64,000 nucleotides of DNA. Origin: Candidatus Kapaibacterium sp. Lineage in GTDB: Bacteria > Bacteroidota > Ignavibacteria > Kapaibacteriales > UBA2268. Positions within the stretch are counted from its first letter, which is position 1; every line of letters starts with the position of its first letter. Where the stretch lies: positions 39,580 through 103,579 of the forward strand of contig JBBRAO010000004.1 in NCBI GenBank assembly GCA_038206725.1. The letters run 5' to 3'. Of this stretch, positions 38,863-48,011 are shown one piece after another. A program made the translations under genes and the position numbers. Below the pieces are notes generated by a model, which saw nothing but the letters and a program-made list of their open reading frames with translations, ran no database searches and was not told where the DNA came from.

Positions 38863-39363
38863 ATGAAAAGTTTGATACTATACTTTTCGAGAAATGGTAG
38901 TACTAGAGATTATGCTGAATATCTCGCCCAGAAAACCTATTCTAAGCTATCTACAATTAAAGATATAAACTTAGATGAATTATCTTCCTACGATCATATA
39001 ATACTCGGTACAAATGTCAGATTTGGTCAGTTAGGTATAAGCCCTTGGATAAAAAAGAACAAATCAAAGCTTAAGGGACTTAATCTTTATTTATATATAG
39101 TTCACGGAATCCCGAATGAAAAACAGAGCAAGACAGATATTTTTTTACGAGATATACCAAAGGGTTTGATACCAATAGAAAACGTTTTTGCTTTTAAAGG
39201 AAGACTAATTTACAAGCAAATGCATTTATGGGACAAAATTCAAGTTTTATTTTCAAGATTGCTATTGAAAAAAATCGGTGATACAAACGTGGTAGCGGAA
39301 GATTTTGATGATTTTGACTCCAACAAAACTAGTGAATTAATAAGAAAAGTCTATAATTCTTAA
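38863..39363 (+). CDS. flavodoxin-like protein (HemG-like protoporphyrinogen dehydrogenase family candidate)
   Basis: MKSLILYFSRNGSTRDYAEYLAQ... then ...HIILGTNVRFGQL, matching the short flavodoxin fold layout of HemG-type proteins. Assignment tentative. Confidence 0.4.
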   Translation: MKSLILYFSRNGSTRDYAEYLAQKTYSKLSTIKDINLDELSSYDHIILGTNVRFGQLGISPWIKKNKSKLKGLNLYLYIVHGIPNEKQSKTDIFLRDIPKGLIPIENVFAFKGRLIYKQMHLWDKIQVLFSRLLLKKIGDTNVVAEDFDDFDSNKTSELIRKVYNS

Positions 39364-39480
39364 TTTTTTCGTTGATTTTTATACCAAATATCAAACCTTT
39401 AATGAAAAAGACTTGTATATTTGAAAAAAAAGCATTAATTTTGAAGTTCGTAAAGTTTGTAAAATAATATAAGTATTATC

Positions 39481-39651
39481 ATGGCAAAGACACAAACCTT
39501 TGGCGATAAAGTCAAAAAAAACAAAGAAGCCCAAAAGCCTGTAGTAAAAGTTATTAAAGGCATGAAAAATGAAGATGGTTCAACCCGTTTTATCGAAAAA
39601 TTCGTTAAAATTGATGATTTGAATAATGTTACACAATTAGATATAAATTAA
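39481..39651 (+). CDS. small basic protein (56 aa), DUF4295-like, upstream of rpmE
   Basis: Below the ORF-table size cutoff. MAKTQTFGDKVKKNKEAQKPVVKVIKGMKNEDGSTRFIEKFVKIDDLNNVTQLDIN. Lys-rich; placement beside small ribosomal protein genes resembles the FCB-group DUF4295 mini-proteins (from memory). Confidence 0.35.
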   Translation: MAKTQTFGDKVKKNKEAQKPVVKVIKGMKNEDGSTRFIEKFVKIDDLNNVTQLDIN

Positions 39652-39661
39652 GGGACGCCAA

Positions 39662-39895
39662 ATGAAAAAAGGAATTCATCCAGCATACCATACCGTAGAT
39701 GTCTTAATGACAGACGGTTCTACATTCCAAACCCGCTCTTGCTATAAAAAAGAGAAAATGGTTTTGGAAATTGATTCTAAATCTCACCCTTTCTTTACAG
39801 GGAAACAAGTATTTGTAGATACAGCTGGTCGTGTTGATAGATTTAACCGTAGAAATGAAAAAGCTAAACAAATCAGAGGCAAAAATGATGAATAA
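39662..39895 (+). CDS. rpmE: 50S ribosomal protein L31
   Basis: [14 protein letters not shown]...STFQTRS...[23 protein letters not shown]. Confidence 0.85.
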   Translation: MKKGIHPAYHTVDVLMTDGSTFQTRSCYKKEKMVLEIDSKSHPFFTGKQVFVDTAGRVDRFNRRNEKAKQIRGKNDE

Positions 39896-40157
39896 TCAGA
39901 TTTACACTATGCAAACCGGTAATACATTTAAAACAAATAAACGTTCCGGGAAAAAAAGACCTAACCAATTAGGCAAAGAAAAAGTAGTTGATTATCTTGA
40001 TCCTAAATATTTGACTAGATTTACTAATGACCAAGGAAAAATCTTACCACGCCGTATTACAGGTTTGACAGCATATCAACAACGCAGAGTTGCCAAAGCG
40101 GTAAAATATGCACGTCATTTAGCTTTAATACCATTTGTTGCTCAAGACATAGCATAA
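39885..40157 (+). CDS. rpsR: 30S ribosomal protein S18
   Basis: [49 protein letters not shown]. Start ATGATG at 39885 overlaps the rpmE stop (11 nt overlap); the ORF table start 39831 is an in-frame extension. Confidence 0.8.
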   Translation: MMNNQIYTMQTGNTFKTNKRSGKKRPNQLGKEKVVDYLDPKYLTRFTNDQGKILPRRITGLTAYQQRRVAKAVKYARHLALIPFVAQDIA

Positions 40158-40243
40158 AAATAAATAAATAATAATTGGGGAGTTGTATTAAATCAGCTCT
40201 CCATTTCTATATTCAAAATTTTATTAATTTTTGGAAATCATTT

Positions 40244-40990
40244 ATGAACATATTAGTATGTATTTCACGCGTTCCCGATACAGCGACAAAAATTATTATC
40301 GGAAGCGATAGAAAATCAATTGATGAAACAGGTGTAAAATATATAATAAATCCTTATGATGAATTTGCAATTGAAGAAGCACTACAACTTGTTGAGAAAA
40401 ATGGCGGTACTGTTACTGCTGTTACAGTAGGCAATGAAAACGCTCAAGATGTTTTGCGTACCGCTTTAGCTATGGGCGTTGAAAACGCTGTTATAATTAA
40501 AGCCGATAAATATGTAGATTCGTTTTTTGTGGCTTCAAATTTAGCTGAATATGCAAAGAAAATGAATCCGGATTTGATATTTTTAGGACGCCAAAGTGTT
40601 GACTTTGATTCATTCCAAATGGCTTCTACCCTATCCGAGATTTTAGGAATTCCATCGATTTCAGTCGTATCGAAATTTGAAATTAATGGAAGCACTATTA
40701 CTTGTACACGCGATATCGAAGGCGGAAAAGAAATATTAGAAACTTCAATGCCTTGTATTATTTCAGCACAAAAGGGTTTAAACAGTCCTAGATATCCTAA
40801 ATTACCGGATATTATGAAAGCAAAGAAAAAAACTATTGATATTATAGAAAATTTCGGTGGAAGTAATAGAGTTGACTTAGTAGATATGCAATTACCACAA
40901 AAAGAAAGACAAGGTATTATACTCACTGATTCTGACGCAGATATTGACGAATTCATTCGTTTATTGAGAGAACAGGCTAAAGTAATATAG
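40244..40990 (+). CDS. etfB: electron transfer flavoprotein subunit beta
   Basis: MNILVCISRVPDTATKIII...INPYDEFAIEEALQL. ATG 40244; the ORF table start 40175 is an extension. Confidence 0.8.
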   Translation: MNILVCISRVPDTATKIIIGSDRKSIDETGVKYIINPYDEFAIEEALQLVEKNGGTVTAVTVGNENAQDVLRTALAMGVENAVIIKADKYVDSFFVASNLAEYAKKMNPDLIFLGRQSVDFDSFQMASTLSEILGIPSISVVSKFEINGSTITCTRDIEGGKEILETSMPCIISAQKGLNSPRYPKLPDIMKAKKKTIDIIENFGGSNRVDLVDMQLPQKERQGIILTDSDADIDEFIRLLREQAKVI

Positions 40991-41012
40991 TTGCAATTAA
41001 TTTGAGATTGAT

Positions 41013-41966
41013 ATGAATAAGATATTAGTTTTTTTAGAAACAGAAAATTCAGTAATAAAGCGTACTTCAAAAGAGGCCGCAACATTTGCAGTTCAAACTG
41101 CAGGAAAATTAAATTCAACCGCAATAGGATGTATTTTAAATGCAAGCGATGACGATTTAAAATCCGTAAGTAAATATGGTCTATCAGAAATTTACAACAT
41201 TAAACATAGTTTATTGAAAAACTATTCTTCAACCGCTGTAGCGAAATCAATTTTTCAACTATCCGAAAAAGTTGGTATAGATTGCGCAGTATTTTCTGCA
41301 AATTCCAAAGGTTTAGAATTAGCTCCACGCGTTGCCGTTCGTTTAAATGCATCTTATGTACCTGATTGCATTGGTTTTGTAATAGAAGGGACCGATATAA
41401 AGGTTAAAAAACCTATATATGGCGGTAAATCTATTGCGACCATCAAAACAAACACAACAAATCAAGTTTATACTCTTAGACCAAATGTGTTTTTAGCTGA
41501 AGAGGGTGCTACCACTTTAACATTCCAAGAATTTGCTCCTGATTTGAATGCAAACGATGTCAAAGTTGTCGTTAAATCTGTAGAAAAACAAGCAGGAAAA
41601 TTGGACGTTGCCGAAGCAGATATCATTGTTTCCGGTGGACGCGGAATGAAAGAAGCTGAAAATTTCAAATTGTTAGAGCAATTAGCGGCTAAACTCAATG
41701 CGGCAGTTGGTGCTTCACGCGCTGTAGTAGATGCAGGCTGGCGTGAACAATGTGATCAAGTAGGTCAAACAGGTAAGACAGTTTCCCCGACTCTGTATAT
41801 AGCTTGTGGTATTTCCGGAGCTATACAGCATTTGGCGGGAATGTCAACATCCAAGATAATAACAGCAATTAATAAAGATAAAGATGCACCAATTTTCAAT
41901 GTTGTTGATTATGGCATCGTAGGAGACGTATTTACCGTTCTTCCTAAATTAATCGCTAAAATATAA
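41013..41966 (+). CDS. etfA: electron transfer flavoprotein subunit alpha
   Basis: [42 protein letters not shown]...[19 protein letters not shown]. Confidence 0.8.
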   Translation: MNKILVFLETENSVIKRTSKEAATFAVQTAGKLNSTAIGCILNASDDDLKSVSKYGLSEIYNIKHSLLKNYSSTAVAKSIFQLSEKVGIDCAVFSANSKGLELAPRVAVRLNASYVPDCIGFVIEGTDIKVKKPIYGGKSIATIKTNTTNQVYTLRPNVFLAEEGATTLTFQEFAPDLNANDVKVVVKSVEKQAGKLDVAEADIIVSGGRGMKEAENFKLLEQLAAKLNAAVGASRAVVDAGWREQCDQVGQTGKTVSPTLYIACGISGAIQHLAGMSTSKIITAINKDKDAPIFNVVDYGIVGDVFTVLPKLIAKI

Positions 41967-41994
41967 TTTACCATTAAAAGAAGCATTCTGTAAA

Positions 41995-42582
41995 ATGGAT
42001 AAAATAGAATTAAGTATAATAAAAATCGCTACAACGCCATCTGGTAACAATGCTATTGCTCTTACTTTGAAGGAAGTTGATGGAAACAGACGAATCGAGA
42101 TCGTCATCGGCGCGTATGAAGCTCAAGCAATAGCACTCGAGTTGGAAGGTATTACACCCCCCCGCCCGATGCCACACGATTTATTGAAAAATGTTATTGA
42201 TAAATTTGGTGCTACTGTTAGCGAGATTTTTATTAATGATTTGAACGATGGAATTTACTATTCATTAATCATTATTGACGCTATGGGTATTGAAATTGAT
42301 TCCAGACCGAGCGACGCTATAGCATTAGCCGTCCGCTTTGGTTGCCCTATATATATCCGCGAGGATATATTGGAAGAAGCGATGTCGCAATCCAGTCCAA
42401 ATGATGAATTAGAGAACATTGAGGGACACACTAAAACTCAGAGAACCGCACCGGCCGGTTCGAATCCTATTTCGCAAGTTGATAAACTTAATAAGCAATT
42501 AGACAAAGCATTAGAAGATGAAGATTACGAAAAAGCGGCATTAATCCGCGACCAAATAAAAAATATTTTGGATATTTCATAA
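41995..42582 (+). CDS. bifunctional nuclease (BFN/DUF151) domain protein with C-terminal UVR motif
   Basis: AIALTLKEVDGNRRIEIVIGAYEAQAIALELEG...PRPMPHDLL BFN-domain pattern. C-terminal YEKAALIRDQIKNI UvrB/C-like motif. Confidence 0.55.
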   Translation: MDKIELSIIKIATTPSGNNAIALTLKEVDGNRRIEIVIGAYEAQAIALELEGITPPRPMPHDLLKNVIDKFGATVSEIFINDLNDGIYYSLIIIDAMGIEIDSRPSDAIALAVRFGCPIYIREDILEEAMSQSSPNDELENIEGHTKTQRTAPAGSNPISQVDKLNKQLDKALEDEDYEKAALIRDQIKNILDIS

Positions 42583-42612
42583 AATAGTCGTAATTTTGAA
42601 TTCTTGTTTTTC

Positions 42613-42686
42613 GCCGGAGTAGCTCAGCTGGTTAGAGCACTGGAATCATAATCCAGGTGTCGGGGGTTCAAATCCCTCCTCCGGTA
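42613..42686 (+). tRNA. tRNA with CAT anticodon (Met elongator or Ile2/lysidine type); CCA not encoded
   Basis: Cloverleaf readable by eye. Acceptor GCCGGAG/CTCCGGT (G1-U72 wobble). U8A9. D-arm GCTC-AGCTGGTTA-GAGC. Anticodon stem CTGGA/TCCAG with loop ATCATAA. Variable GTGTC. T-arm GGGGG-TTCAAAT-CCCTC. Confidence 0.8.
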
Positions 42687-42704
42687 CACCAAAAAAAATA
42701 TCCC

Positions 42705-42738
42705 AAGGTATGATATAAAAATCATACCTTTTTTTTAT
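42705..42738 (+). terminator. rho-independent terminator after tRNA
   Basis: AAGGTATGAT-ataaaa-ATCATACCTT followed by TTTTTTTT. Confidence 0.6.
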
Positions 42739-42749
42739 TTGTTTCCGTA

Positions 42750-42815
42750 TTACTATTAATTTTGAAATGAATGCATTATTTTGTAATTTCGCATATCATT
42801 TATTGAGAAGATGTA
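42750..42815 (+). repeat. conserved intergenic element copy A (about 65 bp; hairpin TCATTTAT-N13-GTAAATGA)
   Basis: ATTTTGAAATGAATGCATTATTTTGTAATTTCGCATATCATTTATTGAGAAGATGTAGGTAAATGA. Near-identical to copy B, related to copy C. Confidence 0.6.
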
Positions 42816-43013
42816 GGTAAATGAGTGCGTGAGTTATGGTCTTTATTAGAAAAAGACGCTAATCGCAGTAAATAACATAGAAAAAAGGTAATTAGAGCAA
42901 CTGATAAAATTATCAATATCGTTTGTTTTTGCTTTCGACCAAAGCGATTTGGAAACAGGATAAATTATGCACACTGATTGTGGGATTTCTAACTTAAAAA
43001 TATAAGAACAATT

Positions 43014-43484
43014 ATGGCTTTTTATCAATTAATTAAAACACAAAAATTACCTGTCTCCATCAACGAGATATGGGATTTTATTTCAGCTCCAGGCAATTTG
43101 AAGGAAATAACACCAAAGCAAATGGGCTTTATTGTAACAAGCAATACTGGTGAAGGCAAAATGTATCCGGGTATGATCATTACTTACAAGGTGAGTCCCT
43201 TGTTTGGTTTAAAACTAAATTGGATGACAGAAATTACTCACGTAAAAGACCTAGAATATTTTGTTGATGAGCAAAGGTTGGGTCCTTACACTATGTGGCA
43301 TCATCAGCATAAAATTGAAAGTATTGAAGGCGGTGTGTTAATGACTGATATTGTTACCTACCAACCACCATTTGGAGTATTGGGTGCAATTGCTAATTCA
43401 CTATTAATTAGAAATAGACTTCAACAAATATTCGATTTCCGAACAGTTGCTTTAGAGAAAAGATTTGGGAAATTTCATTTATGA
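43014..43484 (+). CDS. SRPBCC (START/Bet v1-like, polyketide-cyclase-type) family protein
   Basis: 156 aa. Family commonly paired with a DUF2867-containing NAD(P)-binding protein, as here. No catalytic motif visible. Confidence 0.45.
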   Translation: MAFYQLIKTQKLPVSINEIWDFISAPGNLKEITPKQMGFIVTSNTGEGKMYPGMIITYKVSPLFGLKLNWMTEITHVKDLEYFVDEQRLGPYTMWHHQHKIESIEGGVLMTDIVTYQPPFGVLGAIANSLLIRNRLQQIFDFRTVALEKRFGKFHL

Positions 43485-44911
43485 AAATACTACTAACCGG
43501 TGTAACCGGATATATTGCACAAAGATTATTGCCTATTTTACTGGAAAATGGGCATACGGTTATTTGCTGTGTAAGAGATAAAAATAGGTTTAATAGCAAA
43601 AAATATTTGACTGCAAATCTAACCCTTATAGAGACAGATTTCCTAAAAAAGGAAAGTTTACAGCATATTCCAAATGATATTGACGTAGCATTTTACCTCA
43701 TACATTCTATGTCAACGCAAAGCGGTGACTTTGAAAATATGGAAGAAATATGTGCAACTAATTTTAAAAATCGCATTGCAGAAACAAACGCTAAACAAGT
43801 TATTTACCTTAGCGGTATCAGCAACGCTGACCATTTATCTAAACATTTATCATCACGAAAAAATGTAGAAACTGTTTTGTCAGGTTCCTCTTTTGCACTC
43901 ACCACTTTAAAAGCCGGAATAATAGTAGGTTCGGGAAGTGCTTCATTTGAAATCATTCGCGATTTAGTAGAAAAATTACCTTTTATGATTGCACCTCGTT
44001 GGCTAAAAACAAAATGTCAGCCCATCGCTATTAGTGATGTGGTAGATTTTTTAATTGGCGTAATTGGTAAAACAGAAACATACAATCAAAGTTACGATAT
44101 TGGTGGTCCGGATATATTAAACTATAAGGAAATGCTTTTGCGATTTGCAAAAATACGGGGCTTGAAGAGGCGAATCCTTATTGTACCGGTTATGACACCC
44201 AAAATATCGTCCTATTGGCTATATTTTGTTACTGCTACGTCATTTGCTCTTGCTAAAAATTTGGTAAACAGTATGAAAATCGAAGTGATTTGCAAACCCA
44301 ATGATTTAGCTACACTGCTTGGCATTGAATGTTTAGATTATGACACATCTATAAAAATGGCTTTTGACAAGATAGAACAAAATCAAGTACTTTCAAGTTG
44401 GAAAGATGCACAAACAAGTAATATATTAAGCGAAGGTATTGCCAAATATATTGAAGTGCCTGTTAACGGTTGTTTTAAAGACAGTCGTTCCATTAAACTT
44501 AAAGACAGTACTGCTTCCGTTGAAAAAATATGGGCTATCGGTGGAAAAACTGGCTGGTATTATGGGAACTGGCTTTGGGAAACCCGAGGCATTATAGATC
44601 AGGTTTTGGGAGGTGTTGGTATGCGGAGAGGCCGAAAAAGTGAAACAGAAATAGTTTCAGGTGACGCCCTCGATTTTTGGCGCGTGCTTTTAGCAGATAA
44701 ACAAGAAAAACGCCTGCTACTATATGCCGAAATGAAACTACCCGGCGAAGCTTGGCTGGAATTTAAAATTGACAAAAATGATATCCTATCGCAAACAGCA
44801 ACCTTCAGACCGCTGGGTTTGTTAGGTAGATTGTATTGGTATTCTGTACTTCCGTTACACGGATTAATTTTTAAAGGAATGATACATAAAATAGCTGAAA
44901 CAAAATCATAG
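43481..44911 (+). CDS. NAD(P)-binding Rossmann (NmrA/SDR-like) protein with C-terminal DUF2867-like domain
   Basis: MKILLTGVTGYIAQRLLPILLENGHTV Rossmann motif. 476 aa. 4-nt overlap with the upstream gene. Confidence 0.5.
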   Translation: MKILLTGVTGYIAQRLLPILLENGHTVICCVRDKNRFNSKKYLTANLTLIETDFLKKESLQHIPNDIDVAFYLIHSMSTQSGDFENMEEICATNFKNRIAETNAKQVIYLSGISNADHLSKHLSSRKNVETVLSGSSFALTTLKAGIIVGSGSASFEIIRDLVEKLPFMIAPRWLKTKCQPIAISDVVDFLIGVIGKTETYNQSYDIGGPDILNYKEMLLRFAKIRGLKRRILIVPVMTPKISSYWLYFVTATSFALAKNLVNSMKIEVICKPNDLATLLGIECLDYDTSIKMAFDKIEQNQVLSSWKDAQTSNILSEGIAKYIEVPVNGCFKDSRSIKLKDSTASVEKIWAIGGKTGWYYGNWLWETRGIIDQVLGGVGMRRGRKSETEIVSGDALDFWRVLLADKQEKRLLLYAEMKLPGEAWLEFKIDKNDILSQTATFRPLGLLGRLYWYSVLPLHGLIFKGMIHKIAETKS

Positions 44912-45039
44912 TGCTATCAAACGTCCGGCAATATTTCAGTTCTGCGATTGAATCGGCATTTGTACTTGATTTGCATTTCTTGTACTGAAACAAAACGATT
45001 CTCTTATTTTTGCCGGTTAAAATAAATAGTATCGAATAT

Positions 45040-45105
45040 ATTTTGAAAATCATTCTTTATTTTGTAATTTCGCATATAATTTATTGAGAAGATGTAGATA
45101 AATGA
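45040..45105 (+). repeat. conserved intergenic element copy B
   Basis: ATTTTGAAAATCATTCTTTATTTTGTAATTTCGCATATAATTTATTGAGAAGATGTAGATAAATGA. About 80 nt upstream of the 45187 ORF. Confidence 0.6.
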
Positions 45106-45186
45106 AGAATGGCGACGGAAATTTAAAGAGCATATAAAGAATGGAAACTGAAAAGAAAGACGTAATTCTATTAAACAATTTATTCA

Positions 45187-46314
45187 ATGGAGAATATGTC
45201 AAGGAAAAAATTGGTGGAGAAATTATTAATATGTATCAATCTGACAATGATAATTATTATATTTATAAGGTCTGTTGGGAACGGTGTTGTAAAAATAATA
45301 GGAAAAGCTGAAATTGAAGAACAAATCTGCCTTAATGCAATAAAAAAAGTAGGTGAAGGCATTGATGATAACCAAAAAAAATATATTGATGACAACAATA
45401 TAACCTACGGAAATTGCAAAGTTTATGAATTAGGTTCTTGGTCAAATTATTTTGTAACATTCAAGGCTAAAAGAATATATAAAGCTAAAGAAAATATATA
45501 TTTAGCAACAACAGAAAATAAAATAATTCCACAAAATATATATATTTTAAAAGAAACCACGCGTATAAATAATCAGTCTCAAAAACTATACATAGAGGAA
45601 GGTAGCGATAGTTATCGAACATTATTGAAAGTTGTTGAGACTAATTATCTTTGGGAAACAAATACAATAAGCAAAGTAGATACTTCGAAAAAAGATAATA
45701 TTTATAAAAGTTTTCTATCAATAATTAAGAAGGAATATGATGAATTAGTTAATTCAAATTTATTAGCACATTTCCTTGAAACTGACAAAGAATTTTGGTC
45801 TGATTTCGCTACAAAAGTATTAAAAATAGATGATGAATGTGTGATTAATGGCACTCCAAAGATAACTAGAGAATCAATTAGCAACATTGATTTATTCATT
45901 GAAGTTAAACAATTCGTAATCGTAATTGAGAACAAAATAAAATCAGGGATAAATGGCAAAGGAGAAAACGGTTATTCTCAGTTAGAAAAATATATAGATG
46001 AAACGAAAAAGCATCCATTTCTTGAAAACTTAGAGAGAACATTCAAATTTTATCTATTGAGGCCAAATTATAATAATGAAGATTATAAAGAATTCGATAA
46101 AAACGAAGAGTATAAAGTAATTAAATATTCAGAAATTCACGAGATTATTAAAGATCGCGAATCTGAATCAGATTTTTATTTTAATGAATTTAAGAGAGTT
46201 GTAAAAAAACATTCAGCTGAATACGATAACGAATTATTTGAAATAATGGATAAAAGATTTATTGAACAAATAAAAGCAAAAAATAATATAACAATAAACA
46301 AGTGCAACACCTAA
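45187..46314 (+). CDS. hypothetical protein with PD-(D/E)XK nuclease-like core
   Basis: 375 aa, Lys/Asn/Glu-rich. ISNIDLFIEVKQFVIVIENKIKSG...YSQLEKY fits the D...(D/E)xK pattern of restriction-endonuclease-fold proteins. No ATPase motif. N-terminal start uncertain. Confidence 0.35.
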   Translation: MENMSRKKLVEKLLICINLTMIIIIFIRSVGNGVVKIIGKAEIEEQICLNAIKKVGEGIDDNQKKYIDDNNITYGNCKVYELGSWSNYFVTFKAKRIYKAKENIYLATTENKIIPQNIYILKETTRINNQSQKLYIEEGSDSYRTLLKVVETNYLWETNTISKVDTSKKDNIYKSFLSIIKKEYDELVNSNLLAHFLETDKEFWSDFATKVLKIDDECVINGTPKITRESISNIDLFIEVKQFVIVIENKIKSGINGKGENGYSQLEKYIDETKKHPFLENLERTFKFYLLRPNYNNEDYKEFDKNEEYKVIKYSEIHEIIKDRESESDFYFNEFKRVVKKHSAEYDNELFEIMDKRFIEQIKAKNNITINKCNT

Positions 46315-46433
46315 CATCGTGTGAAAAATATTGGGGCTTAGGTGCGTTATTAAAGCCTTCTGCCCCACTTCAACTCTTCTTGTAATCAAAGAAGGTGATT
46401 TAGACAGAGAAAGCAATATGCAAAAATTGCATA

Positions 46434-46667
46434 ATGCACGCACCGCTAACAACGTCTTATAAGCAATCAGAGTTTCAGTATTTTACGAGAATTTTAGCTC
46501 GAAGCAAAATAATAGACCCAGGATTTAGTTTAACAGATGAAGAATATGAAGCTATAAGTAAGCATTTGGCTAATATTTATGAAACTGGCGAATTACAGCG
46601 GCAAACAACTATTTCCATTTTGGAAACAGTTCAGCAGGAAGGAAACCGCTACCCCAAAATCTTGTAA
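46434..46667 (+). CDS. hypothetical small protein (77 aa)
   Basis: ORF only. Lies in a locally GC-richer segment. No motif recognised. Confidence 0.2.
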   Translation: MHAPLTTSYKQSEFQYFTRILARSKIIDPGFSLTDEEYEAISKHLANIYETGELQRQTTISILETVQQEGNRYPKIL

Positions 46668-46714
46668 ACAACATTTATGAACAGAAATCTAAAGAACTAA
46701 CATAAAAAAGAAAT

Positions 46715-47281
46715 ATGGCAAAACAGAAACTTGAAACCGTGAGAGAACTCATTTACTACTCTTATGCAAACTTAGCAATGGCTCATACCGCAGTTGTTAA
46801 GAAACAAGAAAAATATGGACCTTTTAATTTTATGATTAGATCCAAGCTATTCAAGGGTCTTAAAGAAGGAACAATGAATATGCGAACAATTTTTGATGAT
46901 GAAAAAATCAAACTACAAACCGGACAAATATGTAACTACTGTGGTGCGGCGGACAAATTGGCATTAGACCATATATTCCCCCAAAAATATGGTGGATTAG
47001 ATAACGCGGAAAATTTGATTTTTGCTTGTAGAACTTGCAACAGCTCCAAAGGAAAGAAGGACTTAATGGAATGGATGAACTATCGTGGACATTTTTTGCC
47101 ATTAATGATAATAAGACGGTATTTAAAACTAACTTATAACTACTGCAATGACAATGGACTGCTCGATATGAAAATAGAAGAACTAAAAAAAATGGAGCTC
47201 CCATTTAAAATTGAGCTAATACCGACGAGTTACCCAAATCCAAACGAACTGACATTAACAATAAAGGAAAGGCAAAGCTAA
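46715..47281 (+). CDS. HNH endonuclease family protein
   Basis: CNYCGAADKLALDHIFPQKYGGLDNAENLIFACRTCNSSKG: HNH motif with Cys-pairs (CxxC...CxxC) and catalytic His. Confidence 0.7.
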   Translation: MAKQKLETVRELIYYSYANLAMAHTAVVKKQEKYGPFNFMIRSKLFKGLKEGTMNMRTIFDDEKIKLQTGQICNYCGAADKLALDHIFPQKYGGLDNAENLIFACRTCNSSKGKKDLMEWMNYRGHFLPLMIIRRYLKLTYNYCNDNGLLDMKIEELKKMELPFKIELIPTSYPNPNELTLTIKERQS

Positions 47282-47424
47282 TATAAAAAGTTTTTGCAAC
47301 TGGGCAGGCGTGTACTCCCACCCCACCCCTTAATAACCCATATAACCGTTTAAAAAGTTGTTATTTTCCATTTTATGATTAATTTTGTACTAATTAAATT
47401 TATAAAAATAATAGATTAAATTTT

Positions 47425-47994
47425 ATGTTCGGATTGGTTAGAAATATTGATAAAAAAAGCCTCGAAAACGCCTACCGCCTATTTGACTCGGGCGATATAG
47501 ACAGTATCGAAATTGGCACTACCAAAGGTTTATTGCAAATACACAAATATCTCTTCGATGGTCTTTATGCTTTTGCAGGGCAAATACGCACAAAGAACAT
47601 AGCCAAGGGTGGTTTTAGGTTTGCAAACGCCTTGTATTTAAAGGAAGTTTTGGAAAAAGTGGGGCTAATGCCTGAAAACACTTTTGAAGAAATAATTGCC
47701 AAATATGTGGAAATGAATATAGCCCATCCTTTTTTGGAAGGTAATGGCAGAACGATGCGTATTTGGCTCGATATGATAATGAAAAAGAGATTAAGCAAAT
47801 TAGTGAACTGGCAGTTTGCGGATAAAACACCTTACCTGCAGGCGATGGAACGCAGTCCTATTAACGATTTGGAATTACGCACCTTGCTCGATGCTAATTT
47901 AACAGACGACATCAACAACCGAGAAATTATATTTAAAGGCATAGAGCAATCCTATTATTATGAAGGATACGAAAAAGGTAATGATGACGAATAA
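47425..47994 (+). CDS. Fic/DOC family protein (AMPylation-type)
   Basis: Canonical Fic motif [12 protein letters not shown] (HPFx[DE]GNGR) in a 189-aa protein. Confidence 0.75.
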   Translation: MFGLVRNIDKKSLENAYRLFDSGDIDSIEIGTTKGLLQIHKYLFDGLYAFAGQIRTKNIAKGGFRFANALYLKEVLEKVGLMPENTFEEIIAKYVEMNIAHPFLEGNGRTMRIWLDMIMKKRLSKLVNWQFADKTPYLQAMERSPINDLELRTLLDANLTDDINNREIIFKGIEQSYYYEGYEKGNDDE

Positions 47995-48011
47995 GAGGAA
48001 TAATAATATCA

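Noticed and set aside
40175-40243. Upstream in-frame extension of etfB (MGSCIKSALHFYIQNF...)
   Set aside because: Extension is AT-rich with no conservation-like signal. ATG 40244 gives the canonical EtfB N-terminus MNILVCISRVPD.
40444-41145. 233-aa minus-strand ORF spanning etfB/etfA junction
   Set aside because: Antisense to two well-supported genes (EtfB, EtfA). Composition typical of a shadow ORF.
42700-43013. Possibility that the MSA*/MKNGDGNLKSI*/MNSK* mini-ORFs following each repeated element are conserved leader peptides
   Set aside because: Lengths and sequences differ completely between copies. The only shared part is the ATG inside the TAAATGA hairpin arm, so more likely structural or regulatory DNA than coding.
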